From: a virus
Lineage: Duplodnaviria; Heunggongvirae; Uroviricota; Caudoviricetes
Reading direction: 5' to 3' (one strand)
Virus record (IMG/VR): IMGVR_UViG_2579779007_000006
Span: 1 to 41,819 of that record
Length of the DNA: 41,819 bases
The stretch's first letter is position 1; the number at the start of each line of letters is the position of its first letter. Below the pieces are notes generated by a model. That model was not told where the DNA came from and did no database searches. It worked only from the letters and a program-made list of their open reading frames with translations. The position numbers were made by a program, and so were the translations under genes. Below, in pieces: positions 1 through 9,568 of this stretch.

Positions 1-804
1 TTACTCTTTGTCCTCAACCAACAATGAGTTTTCGAAAGTAAATTCAGGTATGGGAACAACTTTGTCTTGGGAGAAAATAGCTTTTTTAATTACATGTTTA
101 TTTTTACACGTCTTGCAATATAACTCTGCTCCATCCTCCATGTCGCATAATGAGATGTGGTTTTTTTCACCACATATAAAGCAAGCTACTACAGCAGATT
201 GGAGTGATTCATATGTACCATCCGGGGCAAGTCTAATAATAACATAATTATGGCAACCAGCATTTTGGCAATCTATTTTATTATTTTTTTTCACGTAATT
301 TTTAGTAAAAATAATTTCCTTTTTACATTTTTCACATTTTATTTTCTCATAACCTCGATGAAATGTTATGAGCTGATGATCGCACAGTTCAGCTAAATTC
401 GATAATATCGAATTTAGTTTATCTTTATCTACTTGAAATTCTTGCTTTTTTATGGTTGGTTGATGTAAAAAACTCCCAAGGGTATTATACCATTTATTAA
501 GGTCCTTATACTTAATATTTTTATAGTTTGCTGTTATCTCATTAGAGTCATCACAAGTTATAGTTACTTTTAAATCCTGATCTGCTGTTTCCTCAAACAT
601 GCATAAAGATTTTATTGCTTGAGGTGGTTGCCATGTGTTAATTACCGTCTCTGGAATTGTTCCTAGCCCTGCTCTTAATTGAATATATACATGGCACTCA
701 ATTGCAAATCTCAATTCCAATGCACAGTATCTTAAAGAAGCGTTATCCCCAATTTCATAGAGCCTCTTAGCATTGCTAATATGCTCTTTATAATCATACC
801 CCAT
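1..804 (-). CDS. hypothetical Cys-rich protein, 267 aa, several CxxC pairs (zinc-ribbon-like)
   Basis: Complete ORF: stop codon is the reverse complement of bases 1..3, start at 804. Translation has paired cysteines (CEKC, CQNAGC, CFICGEK, CKTCKNK). Strongly AT-rich compared with the phage structural genes. No family recognised. Confidence 0.5.
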   Translation of the reverse strand: MGYDYKEHISNAKRLYEIGDNASLRYCALELRFAIECHVYIQLRAGLGTIPETVINTWQPPQAIKSLCMFEETADQDLKVTITCDDSNEITANYKNIKYKDLNKWYNTLGSFLHQPTIKKQEFQVDKDKLNSILSNLAELCDHQLITFHRGYEKIKCEKCKKEIIFTKNYVKKNNKIDCQNAGCHNYVIIRLAPDGTYESLQSAVVACFICGEKNHISLCDMEDGAELYCKTCKNKHVIKKAIFSQDKVVPIPEFTFENSLLVEDKE

Positions 805-1537
805 ATACTCCCTCCTACATCTCCGGCTAGATTGTAACTTATATAGTGTATCTTAGATCATCTCACTATCTAAGTAAGATATCATGGGGTATCGGAAGTT
901 CAACTCCTCGCATCAGTCAATAATTTAAATAAAAACAGACGGTTATGTCTTTATTTATTGTTTCCTCTAACTTCCTCCCCGTTGATTAACACACGCGCCA
1001 TAGTCAACTAAATCGGTTGCGACCGGGAGAAGCGGTAGCCAAAATTTTGCCACGATACGAGTGCTTGCCATCCCCCCTCAACTTCCGCTTTTGGCACATA
1101 GCAGCCCTAGAGACAGTGGCGTAAAGTCATGGAGGGTCGGTGGCAGGAGATGCAAATCCTCTCATACAAAAATACGTAAAATCAATAACGGCTAGAAATC
1201 ATTCAATACTCGCACTATCTAACATTTACCAGCCAACCGCAGCACGTCTTGCATACGACCTGTCTGCGGTTTCAATCACCTCTCACCACCAGTCCCATCA
1301 ATAATAATTAAACAGCGCCTAAACAAAATAAATAACAACAAGTCAACAACCTCGACAGGATGCCGATGGGATGATGAAGAGATAAGAAAGAATAACTAGT
1401 AAAGCCCTAAAACGTCAGCGTTCAGACGCGTTTTTTACTTAACCGGTAACAAATACGTTGTATCATAGCAACATAAAATGATTGTTCTAAATCAGATTAA
1501 CTCCTCACTTTTGTACAATGTCGCTTACAGGTATACC

Positions 1538-3427
1538 ATGAAATCCGAGACGCTAACTGTCCAACAACTTTTTCAAGACCGCCGACAATACTGCGTTCCA
1601 TTCTATCAACGTGCCTATGTATGGACTCAGCGAAACCAATGGTCAGCTCTACTGGAGGATATCCTAGAGAAAGCACAATCCCGGCTCTCGGGTACAAAAC
1701 CAACTCCCCATTTCCTTGGTGCAGTGGTACTGGAACCTCAACCAAAAAAAGGATTATTAGGTGTAGATTCCATACATATTATTGATGGTCAGCAACGATT
1801 GACCACTCTTCAATATGTTCTGGCATCCATCCGATTAGCATTACGTGCGACAGATCTTTCCAACTTAGAGCCTCTCATTTCGTCTTGCCTGAAAAACTCA
1901 AACGAAGACACAATGCGAAATAAAGAAGTAGAGCGCTTCAAACTGTGGCCAACTTTTCGGGATCAAACTCATTTTATTCAAAGTTTTAATGTTGAAAATA
2001 TTGACGATATCCGGAATGTATTCTCTGATAGTTTCACGCAGCATGGTACGTTGCGTAAGCATTTTAATCACCCGCCATCACTAGAAGCATTATGTTTTTT
2101 TACTGAAGCCTTTATAAAGTGGATTAAAATAGAAAATCACTCACCACGAGAAAATGCTGTAGCATTAATTGAGGCTGTCTTGACGGATCTGAAACTAGTA
2201 AGCATATTTCTCGAGGCTGAAGATGACGCTCAAATAATTTTTGAAACATTAAATGGCAGAGGTGCGGAACTTCATGCCACAGATCTTATTCGCAATTATA
2301 TTTTTATGTGCGCTGAACATGAAAATATTAATGCTGTTGAATTATATGAGAATGAGTGGAAGATCTTTGAAGATACGTACTGGTCAGAAAGACAACGTCG
2401 TGGTCGTATTAATAAACCACGCATGGAGTGGCTAGTGCATGCGACATTGCAATCAGAAAGGCAACGTGAAATCGATCTGTCTCGTCTTTACAATGAGTAT
2501 CGTGATTATGTAAGTAAGGACTTGCCTTCACAACGAGCAGATCTGCAAGTAAAGCGCCTCAAACAATATGCATCACAATATAAAGAATTGGTTGGTGGTT
2601 TTGGCACAACCCCCATCTCACACTTTGGACATCGCATCGCAGCCTATGATGTGACGACACTTTATCCGCTTGCTTTGTTCATTTCGATAGCTAACATCGC
2701 CGATGATGAGAAAGCAGCCATGTATAATGATCTTGTCTCCTACGTAGTACGAAGAGCCGTATGTGGCCTGACGCCAAAGAATTACAACAATGTATTTATG
2801 AATGTATTGCGGCACTTGTCTAAAACGGAAATTTCCAGTGTTGAGTTACGTAATATCCTCAATAGCTTAAATGGCGAAGCCTCACGTTGGCCTGGGGACT
2901 CAGAATTTCTCAACGCTTGCATCAATGCTCCACTTTATCCTGGCAGGCTCGACGCACCGAAAATGCGCTCAATGTTAACGGAACTTGAAAGAGAACTTTG
3001 TCGCCAAGTGAAGACAGAGAAGCCTGATGTTCCAAATCTTTCTAACCTCGATATCGATCATCTTATGCCTCAAAGTTGGTATTCCTGTTGGCCTCTCGAA
3101 AATGGTCATATGGTGACAAATTCAGATGCTACGGTATTGAACCAAATTGTTCTGTCTGGAACCGATCTTACCCCTGAACAGCTACTGGTAAGGAAACGGC
3201 AACAAGCGATAGCTACGTTGGGAAATCTAACTTTGCTTAACCTTAGCGTAAACCGTTCTGTTCAGAATGCTGTATTTCTGAAAAAACGTGATGCTCTCAT
3301 CGTCCACACCAATCTACGACTGAACATTCCACTTATAGTTAAGGATAAATGGGATGAGGATGAAATCCTGGAGCGGGGTAAAAAGTTGGGGGAAATTGCA
3401 TTGAAAGTATGGCCAAAACACGATTAA
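1538..3427 (+). CDS. GmrSD-like type IV restriction endonuclease candidate (DUF262 N-terminal, DUF1524/HNH-like C-terminal)
   Basis: N-terminal FYQRAYVW and IIDGQQRLTT motifs are typical of DUF262; C-terminal DIDHLMPQSW is a His-Me finger-like motif. Start chosen at MKSETLTVQQLF; the longest ORF begins at 1478. Confidence 0.7.
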   Translation: MKSETLTVQQLFQDRRQYCVPFYQRAYVWTQRNQWSALLEDILEKAQSRLSGTKPTPHFLGAVVLEPQPKKGLLGVDSIHIIDGQQRLTTLQYVLASIRLALRATDLSNLEPLISSCLKNSNEDTMRNKEVERFKLWPTFRDQTHFIQSFNVENIDDIRNVFSDSFTQHGTLRKHFNHPPSLEALCFFTEAFIKWIKIENHSPRENAVALIEAVLTDLKLVSIFLEAEDDAQIIFETLNGRGAELHATDLIRNYIFMCAEHENINAVELYENEWKIFEDTYWSERQRRGRINKPRMEWLVHATLQSERQREIDLSRLYNEYRDYVSKDLPSQRADLQVKRLKQYASQYKELVGGFGTTPISHFGHRIAAYDVTTLYPLALFISIANIADDEKAAMYNDLVSYVVRRAVCGLTPKNYNNVFMNVLRHLSKTEISSVELRNILNSLNGEASRWPGDSEFLNACINAPLYPGRLDAPKMRSMLTELERELCRQVKTEKPDVPNLSNLDIDHLMPQSWYSCWPLENGHMVTNSDATVLNQIVLSGTDLTPEQLLVRKRQQAIATLGNLTLLNLSVNRSVQNAVFLKKRDALIVHTNLRLNIPLIVKDKWDEDEILERGKKLGEIALKVWPKHD

Positions 3428-3522
3428 TGCAATTAATAAAATGATTATAGCGGCTTTACATTAGTAAGGCCGCTACTCACTATTAAATCCTTTAATTTGC
3501 AACAAGAACAGCAGTGTCAGCC

Positions 3523-3651
3523 CTAGGTTTCGGACTTTGTACCGCTTATCTTGTCTTCAAAAATCAGCTCGCATCCTGCACAGCTCAACGCATTACGTTG
3601 TAGATCGGTGTTCTGGTCATTTGTTGATACGCGTACATAGCCAATAAGCAT
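3523..3651 (-). pseudogene. truncated Pin/Gin/Cin-family serine DNA invertase (N-terminal 42 codons only)
   Basis: Minus-strand translation MLIGYVRVSTNDQNTDLQRNALSCAGCELIFEDKISGT matches the N-terminus of Pin/Gin invertases, including the catalytic serine context (VRVST), then ends at a stop after 42 codons. The rest of the gene is absent. Confidence 0.75.
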
Positions 3652-3677
3652 GGTAGCTCCCCCTGACAAAAGCAGGA

Positions 3678-4214
3678 ATGATGCCATTTGCTCGTTATTT
3701 CTGCATTTTCATAAACGTTGGTTTGGGAGAAGGTTCGGCATTACCCGTTGGCGTGCCTGTTCCGTGGCCTTCCGCCACTCCGCCAACAGGCTGGCTGAAA
3801 TGCAACGGAGCGGCTTTTTCTGCTGAAGAATACCCGGAACTGGCAAAGGTTTACCCGACCAATAAATTGCCTGATTTACGTGGTGAGTTTATTCGTGGCT
3901 GGGATGATGAACGTGGTGTGGATAGTGGGCGAACTCTGCTTTCAGCGCAAGGAGATGCTATTCGAAACATTACTGGCGGTTTTGGTCAGTTGCGCGTAAA
4001 CAGCGAAATTAATGCAATTGTCGATGTTCAAAGTGTGAGTGGGGCTTTTTACGGAGGTACCTCAGTCAGGAATAACATCAATGTATCTATGACATACGCT
4101 AATGACCGAAAAATCCGACAAGATGTTCACTTCTCGGCGGCAAATGTTGTTCCAACAGCAAATGAAAATCGTCCACGTAACATCGCCTTTAATTATATTG
4201 TGAGGGCCGCATGA
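3678..4214 (+). CDS. alternative tail-fibre C-terminal (variable) segment, silent orientation
   Basis: ORF shares the GLGE junction with the minus-strand tail fibre and lies inside the invertible segment followed by its own tfa. It has no constant N-terminal domain in this orientation. Confidence 0.6.
   Translation: MMPFARYFCIFINVGLGEGSALPVGVPVPWPSATPPTGWLKCNGAAFSAEEYPELAKVYPTNKLPDLRGEFIRGWDDERGVDSGRTLLSAQGDAIRNITGGFGQLRVNSEINAIVDVQSVSGAFYGGTSVRNNINVSMTYANDRKIRQDVHFSAANVVPTANENRPRNIAFNYIVRAA
3706..3731. repeat. invertase crossover site (pix/gix-like), left copy
   Basis: ttttcataaacgttggtttgggagaa; its reverse complement shares a perfect 14-bp core (ttctcccaaaccaa) with 5590..5615. Both copies lie on the codons for LGLGE in the two tail-fibre reading frames. 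Confidence 0.7.
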
Positions 4215-4816
4215 TGAATAAAGCTGTATTGAATAGCGAACTCATTGCCATAAAAGCGGGAGACATTATCATTTATAATTATGATGGTGAAACGCGGGAA
4301 TATATTTCTACATCAACTGAATATCTCGCTGTCGGCGTCGGTATCCCGGCATGTTCCTGTTTGGATGCACCAGGTACACATAAAGCTGGTTATGCAATCT
4401 GTCGCTCTGTAGATTTAAATTCATGGGAATATGTGCCAGACCATCGCGGTGAAGTTGTCTATAGTACCGAAACGGGAGATACCAAAGAAATCGCAGTTCC
4501 GGGTGATTATCCTGAAAATACAACCACTATCGCCCCGTTAACGCCATATGATAAATGGGATGGTGAGAAATGGGTGACGGATACTGAGGCACAGCATAGT
4601 GCCGCAGTAGACGCGGCAGAAGCACAGCGCCAGTCACTGATTGATGCAGCAATGGCTTCCATTAGTCTGATTCAGCTGAAATTACAGGCCGGACGGAAGT
4701 TGACGCAGGCAGAAACAACCCGACTTAACGCCGTGCTGGATTACACTGACGCGGTGACGGCAACAGATACCAGCACCGCGCCGGATGTCATCTGGCCTGA
4801 ACTGCCGGAGGCGTAG
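4211..4816 (+). CDS. tail fibre assembly protein (Tfa), partner of the silent fibre segment
   Basis: Tfa-like C-terminus (APDVIWPELP) mirrors that of the opposite-strand Tfa (APDIEWPTPP); start overlaps the stop of the preceding ORF. Confidence 0.7.
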   Translation: MMNKAVLNSELIAIKAGDIIIYNYDGETREYISTSTEYLAVGVGIPACSCLDAPGTHKAGYAICRSVDLNSWEYVPDHRGEVVYSTETGDTKEIAVPGDYPENTTTIAPLTPYDKWDGEKWVTDTEAQHSAAVDAAEAQRQSLIDAAMASISLIQLKLQAGRKLTQAETTRLNAVLDYTDAVTATDTSTAPDVIWPELPEA

Positions 4817-5228
4817 GCCATTCAATATCTGGCGCACTGGAAGTATCGACCAGTTCCAGTGCGTCCAGATAATCCAGCCACAGATTATATTGCGCCAGAT
4901 CCTCGCCTTTCAGACGACCAATAGCGGCTTTACCGGGCCATTGTTTACTGTTCATGTATTCATTGGCCTGGCTAATTAACTGCTGTTTTTTAGTTTCAGC
5001 AATATCCATAACCATTTTTTTATCTGGCGGAGATATTAATATCCATGCAGGTCTCCCCTGAGAGGTGGCACCTAATATAAAACCATCAGGAGGAATTTGC
5101 GTATATTTATTCCATTCATCATCTGATATTTCGATAGCATCATCTGGCCATCCAATACCGTTGTGATATTCTTCTTTGCGAGTTTCATCATAAAACCACA
5201 ATGTTGATGCACTGAAAAAAATTCTCAT
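4788..5228 (-). CDS. tail fibre assembly protein (Tfa), expressed orientation
   Basis: 146 aa directly downstream of the expressed tail fibre; conserved Tfa C-terminal motif. Confidence 0.75.
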   Translation of the reverse strand: MRIFFSASTLWFYDETRKEEYHNGIGWPDDAIEISDDEWNKYTQIPPDGFILGATSQGRPAWILISPPDKKMVMDIAETKKQQLISQANEYMNSKQWPGKAAIGRLKGEDLAQYNLWLDYLDALELVDTSSAPDIEWPTPPAVQAR

Positions 5229-5229
5229 T

Positions 5230-5892
5230 CTAATATCCTATCGCAAACCACGAGAAAGAAAGTTCTCTGGAATTGGCTGTTGGTGGCTGACCAATGCCCC
5301 CACGATAAAACGCCAGAGTTAATCCTCCTGCTTTGCGTGATGTTGTTTGAGCAAATACATAGTCATTTGTGTTCTCTTCCGCACTTAAAGCTCCTCCGGC
5401 AATACAGTCATTAGGGAATGCTGCAGGGAAATTAATCCAGATACTGGACTGCGTTGTCAGCTTTCCATACCCGGCTTTCAGAATTAATCCTCCTGGTAAC
5501 TCAAAATTAAGAGGATTGTTTTTTGTAAATGGAAAGTTGGAGATATCCGGTATCTGATTTTCCCCTGTCCCCACATCCCGTTTTGCCGCTTCTCCCAAAC
5601 CAAGGTTTTCGAGAGCCGTTTTCACCGTGCCATCCGATTTGATATCACCAAACGGATTCTTGCGGCTTAACAGCAGAGCACGAAGCGCGGTAAGCAACTG
5701 GTCATGCCGCCCCTTCTCCAGGCTGGCACCGGAGGTCTCCACAACGCTGCAAAGCTCCTCCTGCAACATGTCAAAGTAGTCATCATCCAGATCGGTGGCA
5801 GGCGTACCAGTCTGGGGATTACCACGGGTAAAACCGTTCTTACCCGCGCCGAACTTATCCTTCTGCGCGGTTTTCGTGTCTATACGATGCAT
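5230..5892 (-). CDS. side tail fibre protein (e14 StfE/StfP-like constant N-terminus plus variable C-terminus)
   Basis: N-terminus [52 protein letters not shown] recalls the e14 side tail fibre; the crossover site falls at residues 95-101 (ENLGLGE). Confidence 0.8.
   Translation of the reverse strand: MHRIDTKTAQKDKFGAGKNGFTRGNPQTGTPATDLDDDYFDMLQEELCSVVETSGASLEKGRHDQLLTALRALLLSRKNPFGDIKSDGTVKTALENLGLGEAAKRDVGTGENQIPDISNFPFTKNNPLNFELPGGLILKAGYGKLTTQSSIWINFPAAFPNDCIAGGALSAEENTNDYVFAQTTSRKAGGLTLAFYRGGIGQPPTANSRELSFSWFAIGY
5590..5615. repeat. invertase crossover site (pix/gix-like), right copy
   Basis: ttctcccaaaccaaggttttcgagag, in inverted orientation relative to 3706..3731. Confidence 0.7.
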
Positions 5893-5895
5893 GGA

Positions 5896-6480
5896 TTACT
5901 CCGGATATTTAAAAATTACGTAGGTATGCGACGGGCAGAGTTTGTTAAGCACACATTCGACAACGGTGTCGCCCCAGATACGCAGTGCGGAATCACAGGG
6001 ATCGCCACATGTCATCCAGGTGGTGTTGGTGGCGGCTGGCATGTTGACCTGCCAGTAATACCGCCATTCCGGCGCATTCACCGCGTCAGTACAGGAAGAT
6101 GAGCAGGTGAACGTGCTTTTGTCGTATCGCGTGATGGTAGCGTCTGGTCTGCCCAGGGCAGCAAGCTGTGCAAGGTAAAAATCCTCATTGATGCCGCCCG
6201 CCAGGTTAACCTTCGCATCCAGTCGTTGCTGACGCTGGCGAAGGGTCTGTGTCCCTGCGGGAATACATTCATCCGGCAGACCGCACAGACGCTCCCAGCG
6301 GTTTATCAGTTCAGTGGTGGTGCGCGGATCCAGCTCCCGCATCAGGGCATCCGCACGCTGATGAACGCGGGTTAATGACGGTGCCGCACCGGCAATCGCC
6401 GGATCTCTGGCTGACCACGCCGGACCGGGTGGCAACAGTGCCGACAACAGACGGATGTAATCATCGTTTGTCACGTCCAT
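5896..6480 (-). CDS. baseplate/tail protein, Mu gp48 / YmfQ-like
   Basis: 194 aa immediately upstream of the tail fibre, the position occupied by ymfQ in e14-type tail modules. Confidence 0.65.
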   Translation of the reverse strand: MDVTNDDYIRLLSALLPPGPAWSARDPAIAGAAPSLTRVHQRADALMRELDPRTTTELINRWERLCGLPDECIPAGTQTLRQRQQRLDAKVNLAGGINEDFYLAQLAALGRPDATITRYDKSTFTCSSSCTDAVNAPEWRYYWQVNMPAATNTTWMTCGDPCDSALRIWGDTVVECVLNKLCPSHTYVIFKYPE

Positions 6481-7529
6481 GAAATCGTCCCCAGTACCGC
6501 CAGTTCATTTTTTGCAATGGAGATATTGTCTGCCGGTGCAAGCAACTGATGGCTGTATTCCCCGTTCGCACCGGAAATCGCTTCACTGATACGTGACACC
6601 TTCAGTTCTCCCTGCGGATAACCATCACGCAGCAGGAACGAACGCAACTCCGCGGTAATGGCAGCCCGTATTTCTGGTGTGTCCGGCGTCACGCGGATAT
6701 GAAAATCCACCGTATGTGCCACCGGCCTGAATACATACAAATCAGAGCCTGCCACCGGGGCCAGTGGCCCGATATGTTGTCTTGCTGCCGTTTCCGTTGA
6801 TTCTTCCGGAATGGGATTAATCAGGTCACTGCTGGCAATCATCACACCGACAGTTCCCGTTCCCATCCAGTGGCGGTATGTCCATGCACGGGTAATGCCT
6901 GGCACTTCTTTAGCCCAGACGACATAGTCCCCGTCAGCCCCGCCCTGAGGCGTCCAGTAATACCGCTCAATGACGCGGGCGCGCCACGTTTCCAGCTCTT
7001 CAGTATCAAATCCGCCTGTCAGGGTGTCAGCCACACCGGAAGACGGCAGACCATTCACCGGCGTGACCAGGATTAATGCCGTACCGTCGTCAGCGTTACC
7101 GACCGCGCCTGTAGTTGAGCAAGTGATCGGCACACGCAGGACACCACCGGAGCTGGTTGCATCGGCAGTTGCCGTGTACTGAACCAGGTCATCGCGCTGA
7201 ATCACGCTCCCGGCAGTCACCTTCAGGCCATCGCTGACACCTTCCCAGCGCATATACCCGCTGGCAGCCGTGGCCCCCTTGCGCGGACACCGTTTCATCG
7301 CAGCATGTCGCGCCAGCCAGGACTCATCGCACAGGTCAGGCAGCATATTCATTGCCAGATAATCGATGTACCCGTAAACCGTATGCAGCGCCGCCGCATA
7401 CACCTTTGCCCGCACGTCTTCATCCATGCGCCGGAGCGTGTCGCTGACGTCCAGCCTGGCGAATAAATCGTTACGGAGCATACTGATATTTTCTGCCAGC
7501 GTCGGGCGCTGAAATTCACTGTCCGCCAT
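6471..7529 (-). CDS. baseplate J-like protein (Mu gp47-like)
   Basis: 352 aa in conserved gene order between the gp46-like and gp48-like genes; overlapping start/stop. Confidence 0.75.
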   Translation of the reverse strand: MADSEFQRPTLAENISMLRNDLFARLDVSDTLRRMDEDVRAKVYAAALHTVYGYIDYLAMNMLPDLCDESWLARHAAMKRCPRKGATAASGYMRWEGVSDGLKVTAGSVIQRDDLVQYTATADATSSGGVLRVPITCSTTGAVGNADDGTALILVTPVNGLPSSGVADTLTGGFDTEELETWRARVIERYYWTPQGGADGDYVVWAKEVPGITRAWTYRHWMGTGTVGVMIASSDLINPIPEESTETAARQHIGPLAPVAGSDLYVFRPVAHTVDFHIRVTPDTPEIRAAITAELRSFLLRDGYPQGELKVSRISEAISGANGEYSHQLLAPADNISIAKNELAVLGTISWT

Positions 7530-7944
7530 GCGTTATCGCACTCCACAGATCATCAAAAGAAATCATTACCGGTCCGTCACGACGCCAGAGAGTGATACTG
7601 TTACCCAGTTCATTAATCCCGGTGCGGCGGATATCCAGATCAATACGGGACACCACGCCGTCATCAACCATCCATTGCAGGCATTCGCGGATATACCCCC
7701 TTACCGTCTGCACCAGCTGATTGGTCAGTTTGCTGCGCTGAAGCAGCCACAGTCGGGAGCCGTAACGGTCATTCTGTACCGCAGGCCAGGTATCCCCCCA
7801 CCATCCCATCGGGACGTCGGCGTTGTCATCAGGCTCCGCCCGCCGCCAGGTAAACAGGGAAATCACCACGGCGCGGGTCAGCGGATCCAGCGGTGCGCTG
7901 GCGCAGGTGCGTTTACCGTTCACCGTCAGCCACAGTTCCATCAT
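7516..7944 (-). CDS. baseplate protein, Mu gp46-like
   Basis: 142 aa, conserved position in a Mu-type baseplate operon. Confidence 0.65.
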   Translation of the reverse strand: MMELWLTVNGKRTCASAPLDPLTRAVVISLFTWRRAEPDDNADVPMGWWGDTWPAVQNDRYGSRLWLLQRSKLTNQLVQTVRGYIRECLQWMVDDGVVSRIDLDIRRTGINELGNSITLWRRDGPVMISFDDLWSAITHGGQ

Positions 7945-8489
7945 GCCTCCATCGCTTTATCAGGTTTGTCGGTGTTACTGCCCTGACCGTTCTCTCTGTG
8001 ACGATGCCCGTTATAGGCAAGCCGCATCGCTGACATGGTGGTGCCGCCGGAGTCGCACAGGTCTTTCACCTGTCCTGTCACTTCCAGGTCCATTTCAAAA
8101 CGTGCTTCAGGTGCATTGCGAAACGTGATCGTTTTACCTGCACCGTCCACCACGATCCCCTCCCGGGTCAGCGTCACGGACTGCCCCTGATCGTCATAGA
8201 CAGCCACCTCACCCGTCTGCAGCCCTTTCAGGCGGTAGCGCCGGTCCGACACCGTAACAACCACCGCATGAGAACGGTCGCCATCCGGAAACAACACCAC
8301 CGCTTCCGCACCGCTGTTTGCCCTTGCGGTAAAACCGTAGGGTTCAAGATGTTCAACCCCGGCTTTGGGTTCACCGGCAATCAGGGACACATCCACGGTC
8401 TGACATTTCGTGGCGGCACTGATGCTTTTCACCACTGCCCGCCCAATCAGGCCGAGAAGTTGTCGCTGCATGGCTTCAATCGTCCTCAT
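7941..8489 (-). CDS. baseplate spike/assembly protein (Mu gp45 / P2 gpV-like)
   Basis: 182 aa following the P-like gene; translationally coupled. Confidence 0.65.
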   Translation of the reverse strand: MRTIEAMQRQLLGLIGRAVVKSISAATKCQTVDVSLIAGEPKAGVEHLEPYGFTARANSGAEAVVLFPDGDRSHAVVVTVSDRRYRLKGLQTGEVAVYDDQGQSVTLTREGIVVDGAGKTITFRNAPEARFEMDLEVTGQVKDLCDSGGTTMSAMRLAYNGHRHRENGQGSNTDKPDKAMEA

Positions 8490-9568
8490 CAGAACGGGTC
8501 CTCCTGTACTCTGGCTTTTTTCTTTTTCCGCGCACCGGGATCTTCGGGTTCAGGCAGATAAGCATCAGGTGGGCCGACACGGATTTCCGTCAGGGTGCCG
8601 TTCTGGTCCTGAGTAAACGTGACTTCCGAAACAAGCAGTTCGGTATTGTCGAAACCACAGACCGGATCAAAGACAATCACCCGCTGGTTGGGCTGCCACA
8701 GCGTACCGTTACCCTGTCGCCAGCCCTGCACCACATAGGTGGTTTCATCCGTCCGCGCCGCCCGTTGTCGGGCTTCAAAGTCCGCACGGGCAATACAGCC
8801 TGCCCCCGTAGCCTGCCCTGTCTGCCTGATATACATCGGACGGTAACGGGCAATAAATGCGTCCTCTGTGCGGGCCCGCAGCGCGGTGGTGGTGGCCTCA
8901 CCGAAATCATCGTCGTTTCCGGCACGCTGCCCCGCCACCTGGTAAACAGAAAATCGCTCCCGGATACTCTTCTCCGTATCGCAGGAAAGGATGTTTTCCC
9001 CGAGTACCAGCGCAGTATGTGCCCGCGTTGAGCCAATACCGCCAATCACCAGCCTGCCGTGCGGGTCGTCGTAAGCCAGTGCCTGCTGCTGACCGAGTAT
9101 TTTGTTGATTACCTCAATCACCGTTTCACCGTGATCAGGCTGAACATCAGGAATAACACCCGACGGCGCACCGCTGTTCACCACCTCAATGCCGAAAGGC
9201 GCAGCAAGCGCCTGCGCAATCTGCACCAGCGAGCGTCCGTTAAACTGTGTCGGTTCGGCTGCACAGTCAATCAGGTCAGCCGTCAGACTACGTCCGGCAA
9301 TACCGGTGCTGACCGAACGGGCATCGTAACGAACGGGAGTCGCCTCCACCCAGCCGGTGATCACCAGCTCATCACCAATCAGCACTTCCACTTTTGAACC
9401 GTTTTTAATGCGCGGCTGAAGCGTGGTGATACCCTCATCTCCCGGCCACTGGCGAGTGATCTCCACACTGAAATCCCGCGCCAGCCGTTCAATACCGGCA
9501 CCGATGCGCACCGATGTCCAGCCATTCCACTCCCGGCCATTTACCCGTAGCGTGACATTGTCGTTCAT
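8489..9568 (-). CDS. Mu P-like tail/baseplate hub protein
   Basis: 359 aa in conserved order after the DNA circulation protein. Confidence 0.7.
   Translation of the reverse strand: MNDNVTLRVNGREWNGWTSVRIGAGIERLARDFSVEITRQWPGDEGITTLQPRIKNGSKVEVLIGDELVITGWVEATPVRYDARSVSTGIAGRSLTADLIDCAAEPTQFNGRSLVQIAQALAAPFGIEVVNSGAPSGVIPDVQPDHGETVIEVINKILGQQQALAYDDPHGRLVIGGIGSTRAHTALVLGENILSCDTEKSIRERFSVYQVAGQRAGNDDDFGEATTTALRARTEDAFIARYRPMYIRQTGQATGAGCIARADFEARQRAARTDETTYVVQGWRQGNGTLWQPNQRVIVFDPVCGFDNTELLVSEVTFTQDQNGTLTEIRVGPPDAYLPEPEDPGARKKKKARVQEDPF

Noticed and set aside
805-1477. Possible attL or tRNA fragment in the left intergenic spacer
   Set aside because: No direct repeat of the tRNA-Thr 3' segment (e.g. 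ggagtcgaacctacgacc) and no cloverleaf-like sequence seen on either strand.
7528-7986. Long plus-strand ORFs inside the minus-strand tail/head genes (e.g. 7528..7986, 9716..10213, 15239..15829, 18109..18543, 19734..20243)
   Set aside because: They lie antisense to well-supported structural genes in GC-rich DNA, have odd compositions (Arg/Pro/Ser-rich) and no ribosome-binding sites or operon logic; typical shadow ORFs.
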